Assembly: GCA_001798075.1 (NCBI GenBank)
Contig: MGRG01000006.1
Coordinates: 11,431-75,430, forward strand
Direction of reading: 5' to 3'
From: Deltaproteobacteria bacterium RIFCSPHIGHO2_01_FULL_43_49
Lineage (GTDB): Bacteria; UBA10199; SPLOWO2-01-44-7
DNA length: 64,000 bases
The translations under genes and the position numbers were made by a program. Every line of letters begins with the position of its first letter. Within the stretch, counting starts at the first letter, position 1. Positions 46,629 to 56,451 of this stretch are shown one piece after another. The notes under the pieces were generated by a model that saw nothing but the letters and a program-made list of their open reading frames with translations, was not told where the DNA came from and did no database searches.

Positions 46629-48349
46629 CAAGCGTTGCAACCCCCATCATGAATTATCCGAAATTATTTGCTGCAGACCCGGCTGGTATTTCTGCCTATT
46701 TGGAGAGTGGGTTGGCGCCCGTTGCAGAATTGGATGCCCTCCTTAGTCCTCTCGAAGCAATCGATGGCTTTCGAATAGCGTCACAAGAACTTCAGCGGTC
46801 AGTCAGAGCAGGAATCAGCCTTTCCAATTTTTTTGTGAAACAAAGAGAGTTGGGAAAGATCATTAAAGATTTGGGCTTGAAACAAGCTCAGGCAATTGTG
46901 GAAGGGGCCGGTTTTGTGAGTTTAGATGAATCACCAGAATCGACAGTTTCACAACGTGTTGCGGAACGCTATGCTCAATTACTCCATGCCCAATCCAAAA
47001 TGGGACCTTGGATTGCTGAGTTGGGAGAGCTCACCAAAATTCCCAGTATCAGCAGGCTTGGTGAAACGAGCCCCACCATTGAGCGATCTGCTGAATGGGT
47101 TGCTGCTCGGATGAGGAAAGCAGGTTTTCAGAGCGTAAAAGTTCTCGAGGAAAAGGGGGCCAACCCATCTGTCTACGGTGAATTCACTACAATCGATCCC
47201 AAAAAACCGACTGTCATCTTTTATGCTCATCACGATGTGCAACCCGTAGGGGATAACTGGGATACAGGACCCTTCACCCCTTTTGTGAAAGGAAGTCGCA
47301 TTTATGCCAGAGGCATTGCGGATGACAAGGCCGGTTTCATGGCAGGGCTCGCCGCCGTTGAGAGTTTTTTTGAAACCGGTGTTGAACCTCCTTGCAACAT
47401 CATCTTTTTTATAGAAGGAGAAGAGGAGATCGGTTCCCCCAACCTGGAGAAATTTCTCAAACAACTCCCTGAAGGTTTAAAGCCCGATGTCGTCATCTTG
47501 GCCGATTCTGAAAATGTGGAGACCGGTGTCCCGATGGTGACAACGAGCCTTCGCGGTGTTGCCAGCTTTTTAGTTTCCGTTCGAACATTGATGGGGAGGG
47601 GACTCCATAGCGGTTTTTATGGCGGCCCTGTTTTGGATGCCAATACGGCTTTGTCGATGGCAATAGCCAAACTTTTTGGGGAGCATGGCGAAGTTGCTGT
47701 TCCTGGTTTAGAACGGCCACTCTTGTCTAGAACGGCTCTTCAAAATTTAATGCATTCACCCTTTTCTGAAGAAAGTTTTAGAAAGGCAACGGGAATGGTT
47801 CCCAGTTTACGCCTTATTGGTAATACCGGTGGATCTGTTCATCGCAGAAGATGGTATGATTATTCTTTGTCAGCACTAGCACTTGAAGGACTTCAGCCCA
47901 TAGCCGATGCAACTGCTTTAATCACCGGTCAGGCAAGGGCTTTGGTTTCTTTAAGAATTCCACCTGGTGCTGATGCAAAAAAAGCAGCGGAAATTTTTAA
48001 AAAACATGCAGAAGGCTTGGATGTTTTTGGAGCGGAGATACGTGTGGACATTAGAGCAGGGATGATTGAACCGTGGCAGGGTGATGTCAATCATCCGATG
48101 GTGGCTAGAATGGCTGAAGCCTTGACTCAAGGCTATGACCATCCAGCTATTCTTGGAGGTATTGGAGCCAGCATTGGCTTTCTAGACATTTTTGGAAGAA
48201 GATTTCCCAACACGGCCCTTGTGCCGATTGGCATTGAAGACCCCTACACCAATGCCCATTCTGCTAATGAGAGTTTGAGTGTCGATGACTGGTGCAAGAC
48301 TATCTATTCATTAATCCTCTTTTTTGATTGCTTGGGGAATCCTTCGTAA
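46625..48349 (+). CDS. M20 dipeptidase-like protein paralog 3, N-terminal extension
   Basis: HHDVQP, ARGIADDK, EGEEEIGS, LHSGFYGG, AHSANE. Confidence 0.88.
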   Translation: MTSVATPIMNYPKLFAADPAGISAYLESGLAPVAELDALLSPLEAIDGFRIASQELQRSVRAGISLSNFFVKQRELGKIIKDLGLKQAQAIVEGAGFVSLDESPESTVSQRVAERYAQLLHAQSKMGPWIAELGELTKIPSISRLGETSPTIERSAEWVAARMRKAGFQSVKVLEEKGANPSVYGEFTTIDPKKPTVIFYAHHDVQPVGDNWDTGPFTPFVKGSRIYARGIADDKAGFMAGLAAVESFFETGVEPPCNIIFFIEGEEEIGSPNLEKFLKQLPEGLKPDVVILADSENVETGVPMVTTSLRGVASFLVSVRTLMGRGLHSGFYGGPVLDANTALSMAIAKLFGEHGEVAVPGLERPLLSRTALQNLMHSPFSEESFRKATGMVPSLRLIGNTGGSVHRRRWYDYSLSALALEGLQPIADATALITGQARALVSLRIPPGADAKKAAEIFKKHAEGLDVFGAEIRVDIRAGMIEPWQGDVNHPMVARMAEALTQGYDHPAILGGIGASIGFLDIFGRRFPNTALVPIGIEDPYTNAHSANESLSVDDWCKTIYSLILFFDCLGNPS

Positions 48350-48364
48350 GTTACAACAGCACCC

Positions 48365-49318
48365 ATGCCCAAGCGACATGCCTTCGGTTTTGTCACCGAG
48401 CCTCTAACCCGTTTTGATTGGAAAGCCGAGACAACCTTGTTTATCATGTCGGAGCTTTGCTCCAGAGGACACATTATTTTAGCCTGTGAGCCCAAGGAAC
48501 TTTTTTTGAAACAAAGTGAACCCTGGGGGAGATTCCAGAAGTTAGAAGTCGGTCACAAAAAACAATTTTTTCATCGAGTTGTTGGCGAAAAAACTTTGGC
48601 GTTAAGAAGTCTCTCGGCACTTTTTTTGCGCAAAGACCCACCCTTTGATTTACCCTACCTTCACCATCTCTATCTTTTGATGAAATTGGAGAAAAAAGTT
48701 TTGATGATTAATTCGCCGACTTCCATTTTGGAATTTAATGAAAAGTTAGTGACTCTCGATTTTCCCTTCGCACCAAAAACTTTGGTTTCTTATAATGCAG
48801 ACCAGATTTTGAGATGGGGAAGGCAATTTGCGAATGGAATAGTTTTGAAGCCATTTAATTTGGGAGGGGGGAGTGGAATTGAGTGGCTGAAAAAATCAAA
48901 AATTAAAAATAAAAAATCAAAAATAATGGTGAAGAAAATGACACTTCGAGAGAAACAGCCAATCATTTGTCAGGAGTTTCTACCGGTGACAAAACTTGGC
49001 GATAAGAGAATTCTTCTTTGGAATGGAAAAATTTTGGGGCAATTTTTGCGCAAACCCAAAAAGGGTGATTTCAGAGCCAACCTCCATGCAGGGGGACATT
49101 TCATGCCGTGCGGCCTCACTGTTCACGACAAAAAAATTGTGAGTAGAGTTGGCCCTTGGACAAAGAGTAAAGGGCTTTATTTAGCGGGCCTGGATGTCAT
49201 TGGAAAAAACTTGACTGAAATTAATATTACCAGTCCCATGGCGATTCATGGGATCAATTGGCTCTATGACAAGCATATGGAACGAAAAATTGTTAATGAT
49301 ATTTTAGGCTGGATCTGA
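48365..49318 (+). CDS. gshB: Glutathione synthetase
   Basis: LRKDPPFD, NEKL, GDKRILL, DFRANLHAGG, GLDVIG..LTEINITSP. Confidence 0.9.
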   Translation: MPKRHAFGFVTEPLTRFDWKAETTLFIMSELCSRGHIILACEPKELFLKQSEPWGRFQKLEVGHKKQFFHRVVGEKTLALRSLSALFLRKDPPFDLPYLHHLYLLMKLEKKVLMINSPTSILEFNEKLVTLDFPFAPKTLVSYNADQILRWGRQFANGIVLKPFNLGGGSGIEWLKKSKIKNKKSKIMVKKMTLREKQPIICQEFLPVTKLGDKRILLWNGKILGQFLRKPKKGDFRANLHAGGHFMPCGLTVHDKKIVSRVGPWTKSKGLYLAGLDVIGKNLTEINITSPMAIHGINWLYDKHMERKIVNDILGWI

Positions 49319-49433
49319 GGAGAAATTAAATATGAAAGACCAAAAACAAAATACACATATAAAAAATTAAAAGTTTTTAATTTTTGGTTTGTGTTTTTAA
49401 CTTTTTGTTTTTAATTTTTGATTTTGAAAAAAT

Positions 49434-51800
49434 ATGCCGAGACGTTTGCAAAAAGAAGATCTTCGGAAAAGATTTCATCCCGTAGGGAAAAAGAAACGTA
49501 ACTTGAAAAAGTGGCTTTTGCTTTTTCTTGCTGTGATATTGACTAGTAGTCTTTATGTCGGTTGGAAGCTCAAAGGATTTGAAAAAAGAATTGAAGAGCA
49601 ATTCAATGTCGCTCGTCGCTGGAACATTCCCTCTCGAATTTATTCCGACACAGAGTATCTCTATCCTCAAGTCGATACAGTGGGGCGCAGCCTTATTTCC
49701 AAATTAGAACGTCTTGCTTATAGACAAGTTTCCGGTGAAATCAAAGGGCCCGGCGATTTTGCCATCGCAAAAGATTATGTCGATATTTTTCTGCACGACT
49801 TTACCTATCCGTTAGAACAATTTTCGGGTTTTCCGGTTCGTTTGGAGTTATCTCAAAATATCATTCAACGTATCATCGATTTGGAATCCAAAGAAGAACT
49901 TCCCTTTATAAGGTTAGAGCCGGAAGAGATTGCCACTATTTTCGACGCCAAAATGGAGGATCGAACTCTGGTGAGTCTCAAAGATTGTCCCCAATATCTT
50001 TTAGAGGCAATCTTGGTGATAGAGGATGAACGTTTTTTCAAACACAGCGGAGTTGACCCCATTGCCATTACCAGGGCGTTGCTTGCCGATCTTCTCCACC
50101 TAAAACTTGTCCAGGGGGGGTCTACCCTCACACAACAGCTCATTAAAAACTTTTTTCTAACTTCCGAAAAATCAATAAAGCGAAAATTTAATGAATTCTT
50201 GATGGCGATTTTGCTTGAAATGAGACACTCCAAAGCCGAAATTTTCGAAGCTTATCTCAATGAAATTTATTTGGGTCAAAGGGGGCCTTCTAGTGTGACC
50301 GGTGTGGCGGAGGCTACCAGACATTATTTTGCAAAAGATATCAATCAAATCACGGTGGGAGAAGCGGCACTTCTTGCAGGAATGATTCGCAACCCTAGCG
50401 AATACTCTCCCATCAAACACAAACAGAGAGCCAAAGAAAGAAGAGACCTTGTTTTGAAGCGGATGTTGGAATCGGGCGTGGTTGATGAAGTCTCTTATAC
50501 AAAAGCAGTTTCTGAAGAGATTGTCACACCAAAACCCAAAGTAAAACCGATTGTCGCCCCTTACTTTATCGACTTTTTGAAAAAGCAGTTGGTTGATTTT
50601 TACCCGCAAGATGTTTTGGAGCGCGAAGGTTTAAAAATTTTTACAACGTTAGACATGACCATGCAACTTGCTGCAGAAGAGGCTCTCATTCAAGGTTTAG
50701 AGGAACTGGAAAAGCGTTTTGGAAATTTATTGCCAAAAGATCATCCAGAACCTTTGCAGGGTTGTTTTATCGCTGTCAGTCCACAAAACGGTTATGTTCG
50801 TGCGGTTGTCGGAGGGAGAAATTATGGGACGAGCCAATTTAACCGCTGTACCCAAGCGATGCGCCAGCCCGGTTCTACTTTCAAACCCTTTGTTTATTTA
50901 ACCGCTTTGGATCCTGATCGCTCCAAAAAGATTTTTACGGCAGCCAGTTTGTTAGAAGATAAAAAATTTTCAATTGATACCGTTCAAGGTCATTGGTCTC
51001 CTGAAAATTACGACCATCAAGAACATGGTGTGATTACGCTCCGCACGGCTTTGGAAAATAGTTACAACATCGCTACCGCGAAGCTCGCCATCGAGGTTGG
51101 TCTGGAAAATGTTGTCCAAACAGCAAAAGATGCGGGGATTACGAGCAACTTAATGGCAGTTCCCTCTTTGGCGCTCGGTTCTTTTGAGGTTTCTCCGCTG
51201 GAGATGGCGATGGCTTATTCTATCTTTCCAAACTTAGGGATAAAAGCTGAAGCCTTGGCGGTCATGCAGGTGATGACAACAGAGGGCCAAGTCTTAGAAA
51301 AAAAGACACTCAAAATTAAAAGGGTCTTTAACGAAGCCCCTGTTGCTTTGACGAACTATCTTTTAAAAGGAGTTTTTGATCGTGGCACGGCCCAATCTGC
51401 TCGTGCCCTTGGTTTTCAAGGGATTGCCGCCGGCAAAACCGGTACGACCTCCAACTATAAAGATGCCTGGTTTGTCGGTTTCACCCCCCAACTTTTAGGC
51501 CTTTCCTGGGTGGGGTTTGATGATAATACCCCTCATCAAATGAGTGGTTCTAGGGCAGCACTTCCCATCTGGGTTCGTTTTATGAAAAAGGTAGTGGGAG
51601 ATAGCACTCAAGATTTCACTTTCCCCAAAGAGATTGTTCAAGTAAACATAGACCCCGAAACAGGGGGATTGGTCACCAAGCAATGTTTAAAAACCTTTTC
51701 AGAATATTTTATTCAAGGGACTCAGCCGGAAGAGGAATGCCCTCATGCGACAGGAAAGACGTTGACCCTTTCACCATCAACCGATTCCGAAAACTTTTAA
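49434..51800 (+). CDS. mrcB: Class A penicillin-binding protein 1B
   Basis: UB2H-like region, EDERFFKHSG, GGSTLTQQL, STFK, SYN and KTG motifs. Confidence 0.9.
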   Translation: MPRRLQKEDLRKRFHPVGKKKRNLKKWLLLFLAVILTSSLYVGWKLKGFEKRIEEQFNVARRWNIPSRIYSDTEYLYPQVDTVGRSLISKLERLAYRQVSGEIKGPGDFAIAKDYVDIFLHDFTYPLEQFSGFPVRLELSQNIIQRIIDLESKEELPFIRLEPEEIATIFDAKMEDRTLVSLKDCPQYLLEAILVIEDERFFKHSGVDPIAITRALLADLLHLKLVQGGSTLTQQLIKNFFLTSEKSIKRKFNEFLMAILLEMRHSKAEIFEAYLNEIYLGQRGPSSVTGVAEATRHYFAKDINQITVGEAALLAGMIRNPSEYSPIKHKQRAKERRDLVLKRMLESGVVDEVSYTKAVSEEIVTPKPKVKPIVAPYFIDFLKKQLVDFYPQDVLEREGLKIFTTLDMTMQLAAEEALIQGLEELEKRFGNLLPKDHPEPLQGCFIAVSPQNGYVRAVVGGRNYGTSQFNRCTQAMRQPGSTFKPFVYLTALDPDRSKKIFTAASLLEDKKFSIDTVQGHWSPENYDHQEHGVITLRTALENSYNIATAKLAIEVGLENVVQTAKDAGITSNLMAVPSLALGSFEVSPLEMAMAYSIFPNLGIKAEALAVMQVMTTEGQVLEKKTLKIKRVFNEAPVALTNYLLKGVFDRGTAQSARALGFQGIAAGKTGTTSNYKDAWFVGFTPQLLGLSWVGFDDNTPHQMSGSRAALPIWVRFMKKVVGDSTQDFTFPKEIVQVNIDPETGGLVTKQCLKTFSEYFIQGTQPEEECPHATGKTLTLSPSTDSENF

Positions 51801-51805
51801 CGGGG

Positions 51806-51906
51806 TTGGTGAGAAAGTGGCGGGTCCTGTCCCTCCGTGTTTTTGTGGGGGCCCCTAACAAAACCCCACAACAAACACTCTGGGCCACCCCCCACTTTCT
51901 CACCAA
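51806..51906. repeat. Palindromic element, GGGTG...CAGGACCC family
   Basis: 15-bp terminal IR ttggtgagaaagtgg/ccactttctcaccaa; core nearly identical to 56320-56409. Confidence 0.8.
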
Positions 51907-52378
51907 TTTCTTAATTATTTTTTTTATGTTTGGATTTTTTGTTTTTGCTTGTGCCAAAGAACCTAAAACTTCAGGACCTAGGCATACTTCCAAAAAAGGG
52001 CCCGATGTTATGAAGCCAGGAGAACCAGTCCCCTCCAAAAAAGGGGAACCCTTAAGCCCCAGAAGGGAGGCCTCCCAAAGAATTGTTCATCTTGGCGAAG
52101 GCTATTTAGAAAAAAATGAATTTGATAAAGCGATCCAGATTTTTCAGGAGGCGATCAATGTCGATTCAGAAAATGGGATCGCTTATTTTTATTTAGCCAA
52201 GGCGCTTCATAAAACCCAAGCCTACGATGATGCCTATGGATTATTGGAAAGGGCGCAAGTCTTGTTGGTTGATGATCCGGAATGGTCGAGACAGGTTGCT
52301 GATTTGAAAGCGGTGATTGAAGAATCCAAACAGGCCCAGCCGATCGCCAAACCAACGGGCCAAGAGGTGTATTATTAA
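51809..52378 (+). CDS. TPR lipoprotein downstream of PBP1B (LpoP-like)
   Basis: Lipobox-like VFAC, Pro/Lys linker, TPR helices; start uncertain (GTG 51809 or ATG 51926). Confidence 0.7.
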   Translation: MRKWRVLSLRVFVGAPNKTPQQTLWATPHFLTNFLIIFFMFGFFVFACAKEPKTSGPRHTSKKGPDVMKPGEPVPSKKGEPLSPRREASQRIVHLGEGYLEKNEFDKAIQIFQEAINVDSENGIAYFYLAKALHKTQAYDDAYGLLERAQVLLVDDPEWSRQVADLKAVIEESKQAQPIAKPTGQEVYY

Positions 52379-52917
52379 TGAGTGTAGTCACGAAAACAGG
52401 AGATAAAGGAGAAACCGGGCTGTTGTCTGGCGAGAGAGTTTCTAAGACCCACCCGCGTGTGGAAACCTATGGTACGCTAGATGAATTGGTTTCTCATATA
52501 GGATGGGTTAGAAGTTTGAATCCTCACGATGATTTGGTACATCCTTTAAAACTTATTCAGGTGAGCTTATTCAGACTAGGAGCTGAGCTTGCTTCCAGCC
52601 GACTTGATCCCAAGTGGCATTTAACACCGATGAGTCAAAAAGATGTTGATCAGTTAGAATCATGGGTAAAACATTTTGAACCTAAATTGAATCTCCCACG
52701 CTCTTTTGTTTTGCCGGGTGGTACCCCTGTTTCTGCTTCACTGGATATGGCTCGCACTGTTGCCAGGCGTTTGGAGCGGCTCATCATGGCGCTTAAAGAG
52801 CTAAAAATTTATGAAAATCCAGAGGCACTAAAATATATCAATCGATTGTCGGATTTGTTGTTTGTTTTTGCAAGGTATGAACAAAAAATGGCAGGGAAAG
52901 ATTATGAACCCGTTTGA
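52378..52917 (+). CDS. pduO: Cob(I)alamin adenosyltransferase, PduO type
   Basis: TKTGDKGETGL, YGTLDEL, ARTVARRLER, YINRLSDLLF. Confidence 0.93.
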   Translation: MSVVTKTGDKGETGLLSGERVSKTHPRVETYGTLDELVSHIGWVRSLNPHDDLVHPLKLIQVSLFRLGAELASSRLDPKWHLTPMSQKDVDQLESWVKHFEPKLNLPRSFVLPGGTPVSASLDMARTVARRLERLIMALKELKIYENPEALKYINRLSDLLFVFARYEQKMAGKDYEPV

Positions 52918-53227
52918 ACCGATCATTGCTTTTTCCACGGTTGATTCGGAAAAGGAGGCTTTGAAGATTGCGAAGGCCTTGGTGGAAGCCCACCTTGCTG
53001 CGTGTGTGAACGTGGTGTCAAAGGTCATCTCTGTCTATGAATGGAAAGAAGAACTTTGTGAAGAGACGGAAGTTTTGCTCGTCATTAAAACCCAATCCAA
53101 TCGTTTGGAAGAACTGAAAGCAACCTTGGAGGAACTCCACCCTTACGAAGTACCGGAACTGATTGTCGTGCCTATCGTTGATGGTTTGCCAGATTATCTA
53201 AGCTGGCTCGCAGCCAATACTAAATAG
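52904..53227 (+). CDS. cutA: Divalent-cation tolerance protein CutA
   Basis: LAACVNV, SVYEW, HPYEVPE. Confidence 0.93.
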   Translation: MNPFEPIIAFSTVDSEKEALKIAKALVEAHLAACVNVVSKVISVYEWKEELCEETEVLLVIKTQSNRLEELKATLEELHPYEVPELIVVPIVDGLPDYLSWLAANTK

Positions 53228-53230
53228 CGT

Positions 53231-53276
53231 GAAAATGACGGGTCCTGCTTGCCTTCGGCGATCACCCGTCATTTTC
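53231..53276. repeat. Hairpin between convergent genes; minimal GGGTG...CAGGACCC element
   Basis: gaaaatgacgggt-cctgcttgccttcggcgatc-acccgtcattttc. Confidence 0.65.
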
Positions 53277-53297
53277 AACCTCATCCCTTCGCTGTTT

Positions 53298-53693
53298 TTA
53301 CAATGGATTAGTCACCAAGTGGCTGGCTTTATAGTCAATCGTCACACGAAATCGGCGGAAGAAATCAAGGCCAATGAGGGCTTTAATGCCCCACGATTTA
53401 TCGAAATGAGAGACATAGACTTCCAAATTATCAATAGGATGAGAACAAATCTCGATTTGGAATAGAGTAACCCTTCCATATTTTTGGGTCTGAAGGCCTG
53501 GTTTTAACGAAATATCCTGTTTTGTTTTTTCCAAAAGACCTAAAACTTGGAGTGCTTCATCTGAAAACTCTGTTGCAGGAGCACCTGTATCGAGAAGAGC
53601 ATTGAACTTATATCGCTTCTTACTTTCCGTGGTGACGAAAACAGGAAGGAATATGTAGCGTCTGCTTACATCAAAAGTGGTTATGATCTGCAT
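53298..53693 (-). CDS. Retropepsin-like aspartic protease
   Basis: ALLDTGA and ALIGLDF motifs. Confidence 0.85.
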   Translation of the reverse strand: MQIITTFDVSRRYIFLPVFVTTESKKRYKFNALLDTGAPATEFSDEALQVLGLLEKTKQDISLKPGLQTQKYGRVTLFQIEICSHPIDNLEVYVSHFDKSWGIKALIGLDFFRRFRVTIDYKASHLVTNPL

Positions 53694-53913
53694 GTGCTCT
53701 CAAACCCCCAGGGAATTGATATTCACCGGTATACTCGAATGCACAGCTCTTATTCGGAGCAGGTGGTTGAAAAACCTCCTGATCATCCTTTGAGTGTCTT
53801 TCAACAACACCACTGGCAACTCTACCAAATTGATCTAGCTTATAATCGGTAATGAGAAGCCACTCATCCGGATACGCTTTTTTCATCTCTTCCCATGTCA
53901 TTTTTTGTTTCAT
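53671..53913 (-). CDS. Small DUF5678-like protein
   Basis: MTWEEMKKAYPDEWLLI..GVVERHSKD..FEYTG; coupled to the aspartic protease gene. Confidence 0.6.
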   Translation of the reverse strand: MKQKMTWEEMKKAYPDEWLLITDYKLDQFGRVASGVVERHSKDDQEVFQPPAPNKSCAFEYTGEYQFPGGLRAHADHNHF

Positions 53914-54084
53914 AATGATTCCCCCCAAAATTTGGCTACATAATAAACTCTTTATGCAACCCTGGCAAAGCTTTTTCACCCTCAAGACATTGCAAAAGAA
54001 AGGCCAACCTTACTGGCATTTAATTTTAGATGAGATTTAAAACCGACGGATTTGAATCGCTCAGTGACGATTTTTGATCAACTT

Positions 54085-54966
54085 TTAAATTAACTCTGCG
54101 GCTTGGGCGTTAGATTCGAGTTGTTCCAAATTTTTACAACCAGGAATGACGGCGGTCACTTGCGAATTTTTAAGACACCACGCGAGGGCCCATTGAGCCA
54201 TGTTGACTCCTTCGGGAACTTCCGTTTTCTTGATTTCTTCCACCATTTTTAGGCGTTCAAAATTTCTTTTTTGATCGAAGCGGGATCGTTGATCATTTCC
54301 AAAAACTGTTCCCGGTTTGTATTTTCCAGAGAGAAATCCACTGGCTAGAGGCATGCGTGCCAAAACACCCAAGCGTTGCTCTTTACAGATTGGAAAAACT
54401 TCCGTTTCGGGTTTTGTCTCGAGGCGGTTATAGATGACTTGCATGACTTCAACCCCGAATTTTTCAGAGAGTTTAGTTTGATGTAGGTAATCATTGCCGA
54501 CAGAATTGCCCAAATGTCTTATCTTTCCCGCTTTGGCCTGTTCTTTCAAGAAAGCCCAGAGTTCTTCTTGCCCAAAGACATTATCATCTCCCGTATGAAA
54601 TTGATAAAGATCAATAGTGTCTGTGCGCAGTGCTTTGAGAGAATCTTCAAGCTGTTTTAAAATTTCTTTCGGACTCCATTGATGAGTTCTTTCAAGATAG
54701 CCATTGTATTTGTGGCCAAATTTGGTGGCGATGATCCAATCTTTTCTGTTTTTTTGAAGGGCTTTACCAATCAGTGATTCAGAGAGGTGGTCGCCATAAC
54801 ATTCTGCTGTGTCGATGAGATTAATTCCTAAATCTTTCGCTCTACCTAAAATCTGATCAACTTCAGCTTGTGTGAAATCTTTTCCCCACTCACCCCCAAA
54901 CTGCCAGGCACCGACACCAATAACAGAAACTTCTAGACCCGTTTTCCCAAGCGTGCGGTATTTCAT
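54085..54966 (-). CDS. Aldo/keto reductase
   Basis: YRTLGKTGLEVS, DTAECYG, ATKFG, DLYQFH, VIPG. Confidence 0.93.
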   Translation of the reverse strand: MKYRTLGKTGLEVSVIGVGAWQFGGEWGKDFTQAEVDQILGRAKDLGINLIDTAECYGDHLSESLIGKALQKNRKDWIIATKFGHKYNGYLERTHQWSPKEILKQLEDSLKALRTDTIDLYQFHTGDDNVFGQEELWAFLKEQAKAGKIRHLGNSVGNDYLHQTKLSEKFGVEVMQVIYNRLETKPETEVFPICKEQRLGVLARMPLASGFLSGKYKPGTVFGNDQRSRFDQKRNFERLKMVEEIKKTEVPEGVNMAQWALAWCLKNSQVTAVIPGCKNLEQLESNAQAAELI

Positions 54967-55548
54967 TTAGTTGGTTTTGGTGAAATATTCTTGAGAACCT
55001 TTGGGATCGGGTTTCATCGTCGATTTCCCTGGTGTCCAATCCATGGGGCAAACTTCGCCATGCTTGGCCACATATTGAAAAGCCTGCAAGACTCGCAACG
55101 TTTCATCGACACTTCTTCCGACTCCAAGATCGTGCACGACTTGATAAACCACTTTTCCTTCAGGATTGATTAAAAATAAACCTCTCAATGCCACACCCGA
55201 ATCGAGCAAAACTCCATAATCAGCACAGATTGTTTTTTTAACATCCGCTAACAAGGGATAGCGAATCTCGCCTAGGCCCCCTTTGTTGCGGGAAGTATTC
55301 ACCCAAGCCAGATGAGAAAATTTGCTGTCGATAGAGCAGCCAAGGACTTCGCAATTTAACTTTTTAAATTCTTCGTAGCGATCGGACAAAGCTGTGATTT
55401 CTGTTGGGCAAACGAAAGTGAAATCCAAAGGATAGAAAAAGAGGCAAACCCATTTGCCTTTGTAATCAGCCAGACTCACCGTTTTAAAATCGCCGCTAAC
55501 AACCGCCTCTGCAGTGAAATTGGGTGCATTTTTTTGAACCAATGACAT
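54967..55548 (-). CDS. ahpC: 2-Cys peroxiredoxin
   Basis: [13 protein letters not shown] and GEVCP. Confidence 0.93.
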   Translation of the reverse strand: MSLVQKNAPNFTAEAVVSGDFKTVSLADYKGKWVCLFFYPLDFTFVCPTEITALSDRYEEFKKLNCEVLGCSIDSKFSHLAWVNTSRNKGGLGEIRYPLLADVKKTICADYGVLLDSGVALRGLFLINPEGKVVYQVVHDLGVGRSVDETLRVLQAFQYVAKHGEVCPMDWTPGKSTMKPDPKGSQEYFTKTN

Positions 55549-55602
55549 AAAAGCCTCCTTAATAATTGCAGAGGGGTGACATATAGTAGCAGATGCCCTG
55601 TG

Positions 55603-56295
55603 TCAAGACTGGTTGATGAATTTGGGGGCTTTGAAGATTTTTCCTGCGGTTTCGAAGGCTCTCTCTTGAGCTTCGAAAGAGGCTTGAAGGATGGCCACGC
55701 GGGTGGCGGTGTTGTGGTATTTGAGGGAGGGCAATTTGGGATTTCGTTTACGATTTAATTTTTTCAAAAATTCCATCATGCTTTCCACTTTGTAGCCCAT
55801 CAAATAGAGGGCCCGTCCGGCAAAACCGTCAGCATAAGCCTCTTCATCACGGCGCATTTCATAGAGTTCATCCCAAGTGAGGTGGCTCCAATCAACCCCT
55901 TTTGGGAGGGAGCTAATTATGTGACCCCATTCGTGCGCTAAAATGCCTGCCAGAAGATTTTCATCCTCTCCATATTTTTCCAAGAATTCAACACCGACAT
56001 AGAGCGTCTCTTCATCATCGACACAAGCAATGGTGTTGTGTGCTGGAATAATTTTTTTGTGTTTTCTTTTTGTGAGTAGTCCTAATTTTTTTGCAATTCT
56101 TTGTAAAACCCCACCCGTTGCAAACATGGCGGCAATATCTGGCCTTAAAGTATTGAGATCCGCTGCCCTGGGAATTGGTTCTCCAAGCAGCTTTCGGATC
56201 TCTTCCGAATTGCCAATATTGCCAGAGCCGGCCACAACGCGGCTCATCCACAACGGTGGCAGTCTCGTCATTTTCGAATCAATTCTATCAACCAT
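55603..56295 (-). CDS. M48-like zinc metallopeptidase domain protein
   Basis: LAHEWGH, EAYAD and H....RV motifs. Confidence 0.7.
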   Translation of the reverse strand: MVDRIDSKMTRLPPLWMSRVVAGSGNIGNSEEIRKLLGEPIPRAADLNTLRPDIAAMFATGGVLQRIAKKLGLLTKRKHKKIIPAHNTIACVDDEETLYVGVEFLEKYGEDENLLAGILAHEWGHIISSLPKGVDWSHLTWDELYEMRRDEEAYADGFAGRALYLMGYKVESMMEFLKKLNRKRNPKLPSLKYHNTATRVAILQASFEAQERAFETAGKIFKAPKFINQS

Positions 56296-56307
56296 ATAAA
56301 ATGTTGT

Positions 56308-56420
56308 GAGAAAGTAGCGGGTCCCTTGGCCTCCGGCAGGCAGGCTGTCCCTCCGTGTTTTTGTGGGGGCCCCTAACTAAACCCCACAACAAACACTCCG
56401 GGCCACCCACTACTTTTTCA
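56308..56420. repeat. Palindromic element, GGGTG...CAGGACCC family, with a nested ccggcaggcagg insertion
   Basis: Shares ctgtccctccgtgtttttgtgggggcccctaac..aaccccacaacaaacactc.gggccaccc with 51821-51890. Confidence 0.8.
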
Positions 56421-56451
56421 AACCTTTCTTTAATATTATCGGCAGCTTGTG

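Noticed and set aside
51683-51805. ORF-track start of the TPR lipoprotein at 51683
   Set aside because: It overlaps mrcB by 118 nt and would bury the lipobox; a downstream start is more plausible.
52378-52917. PduO as part of the B12-radical SAM pathway
   Set aside because: It is 28 kb away in a housekeeping operon, and class B methylases use methylcobalamin rather than adenosylcobalamin.
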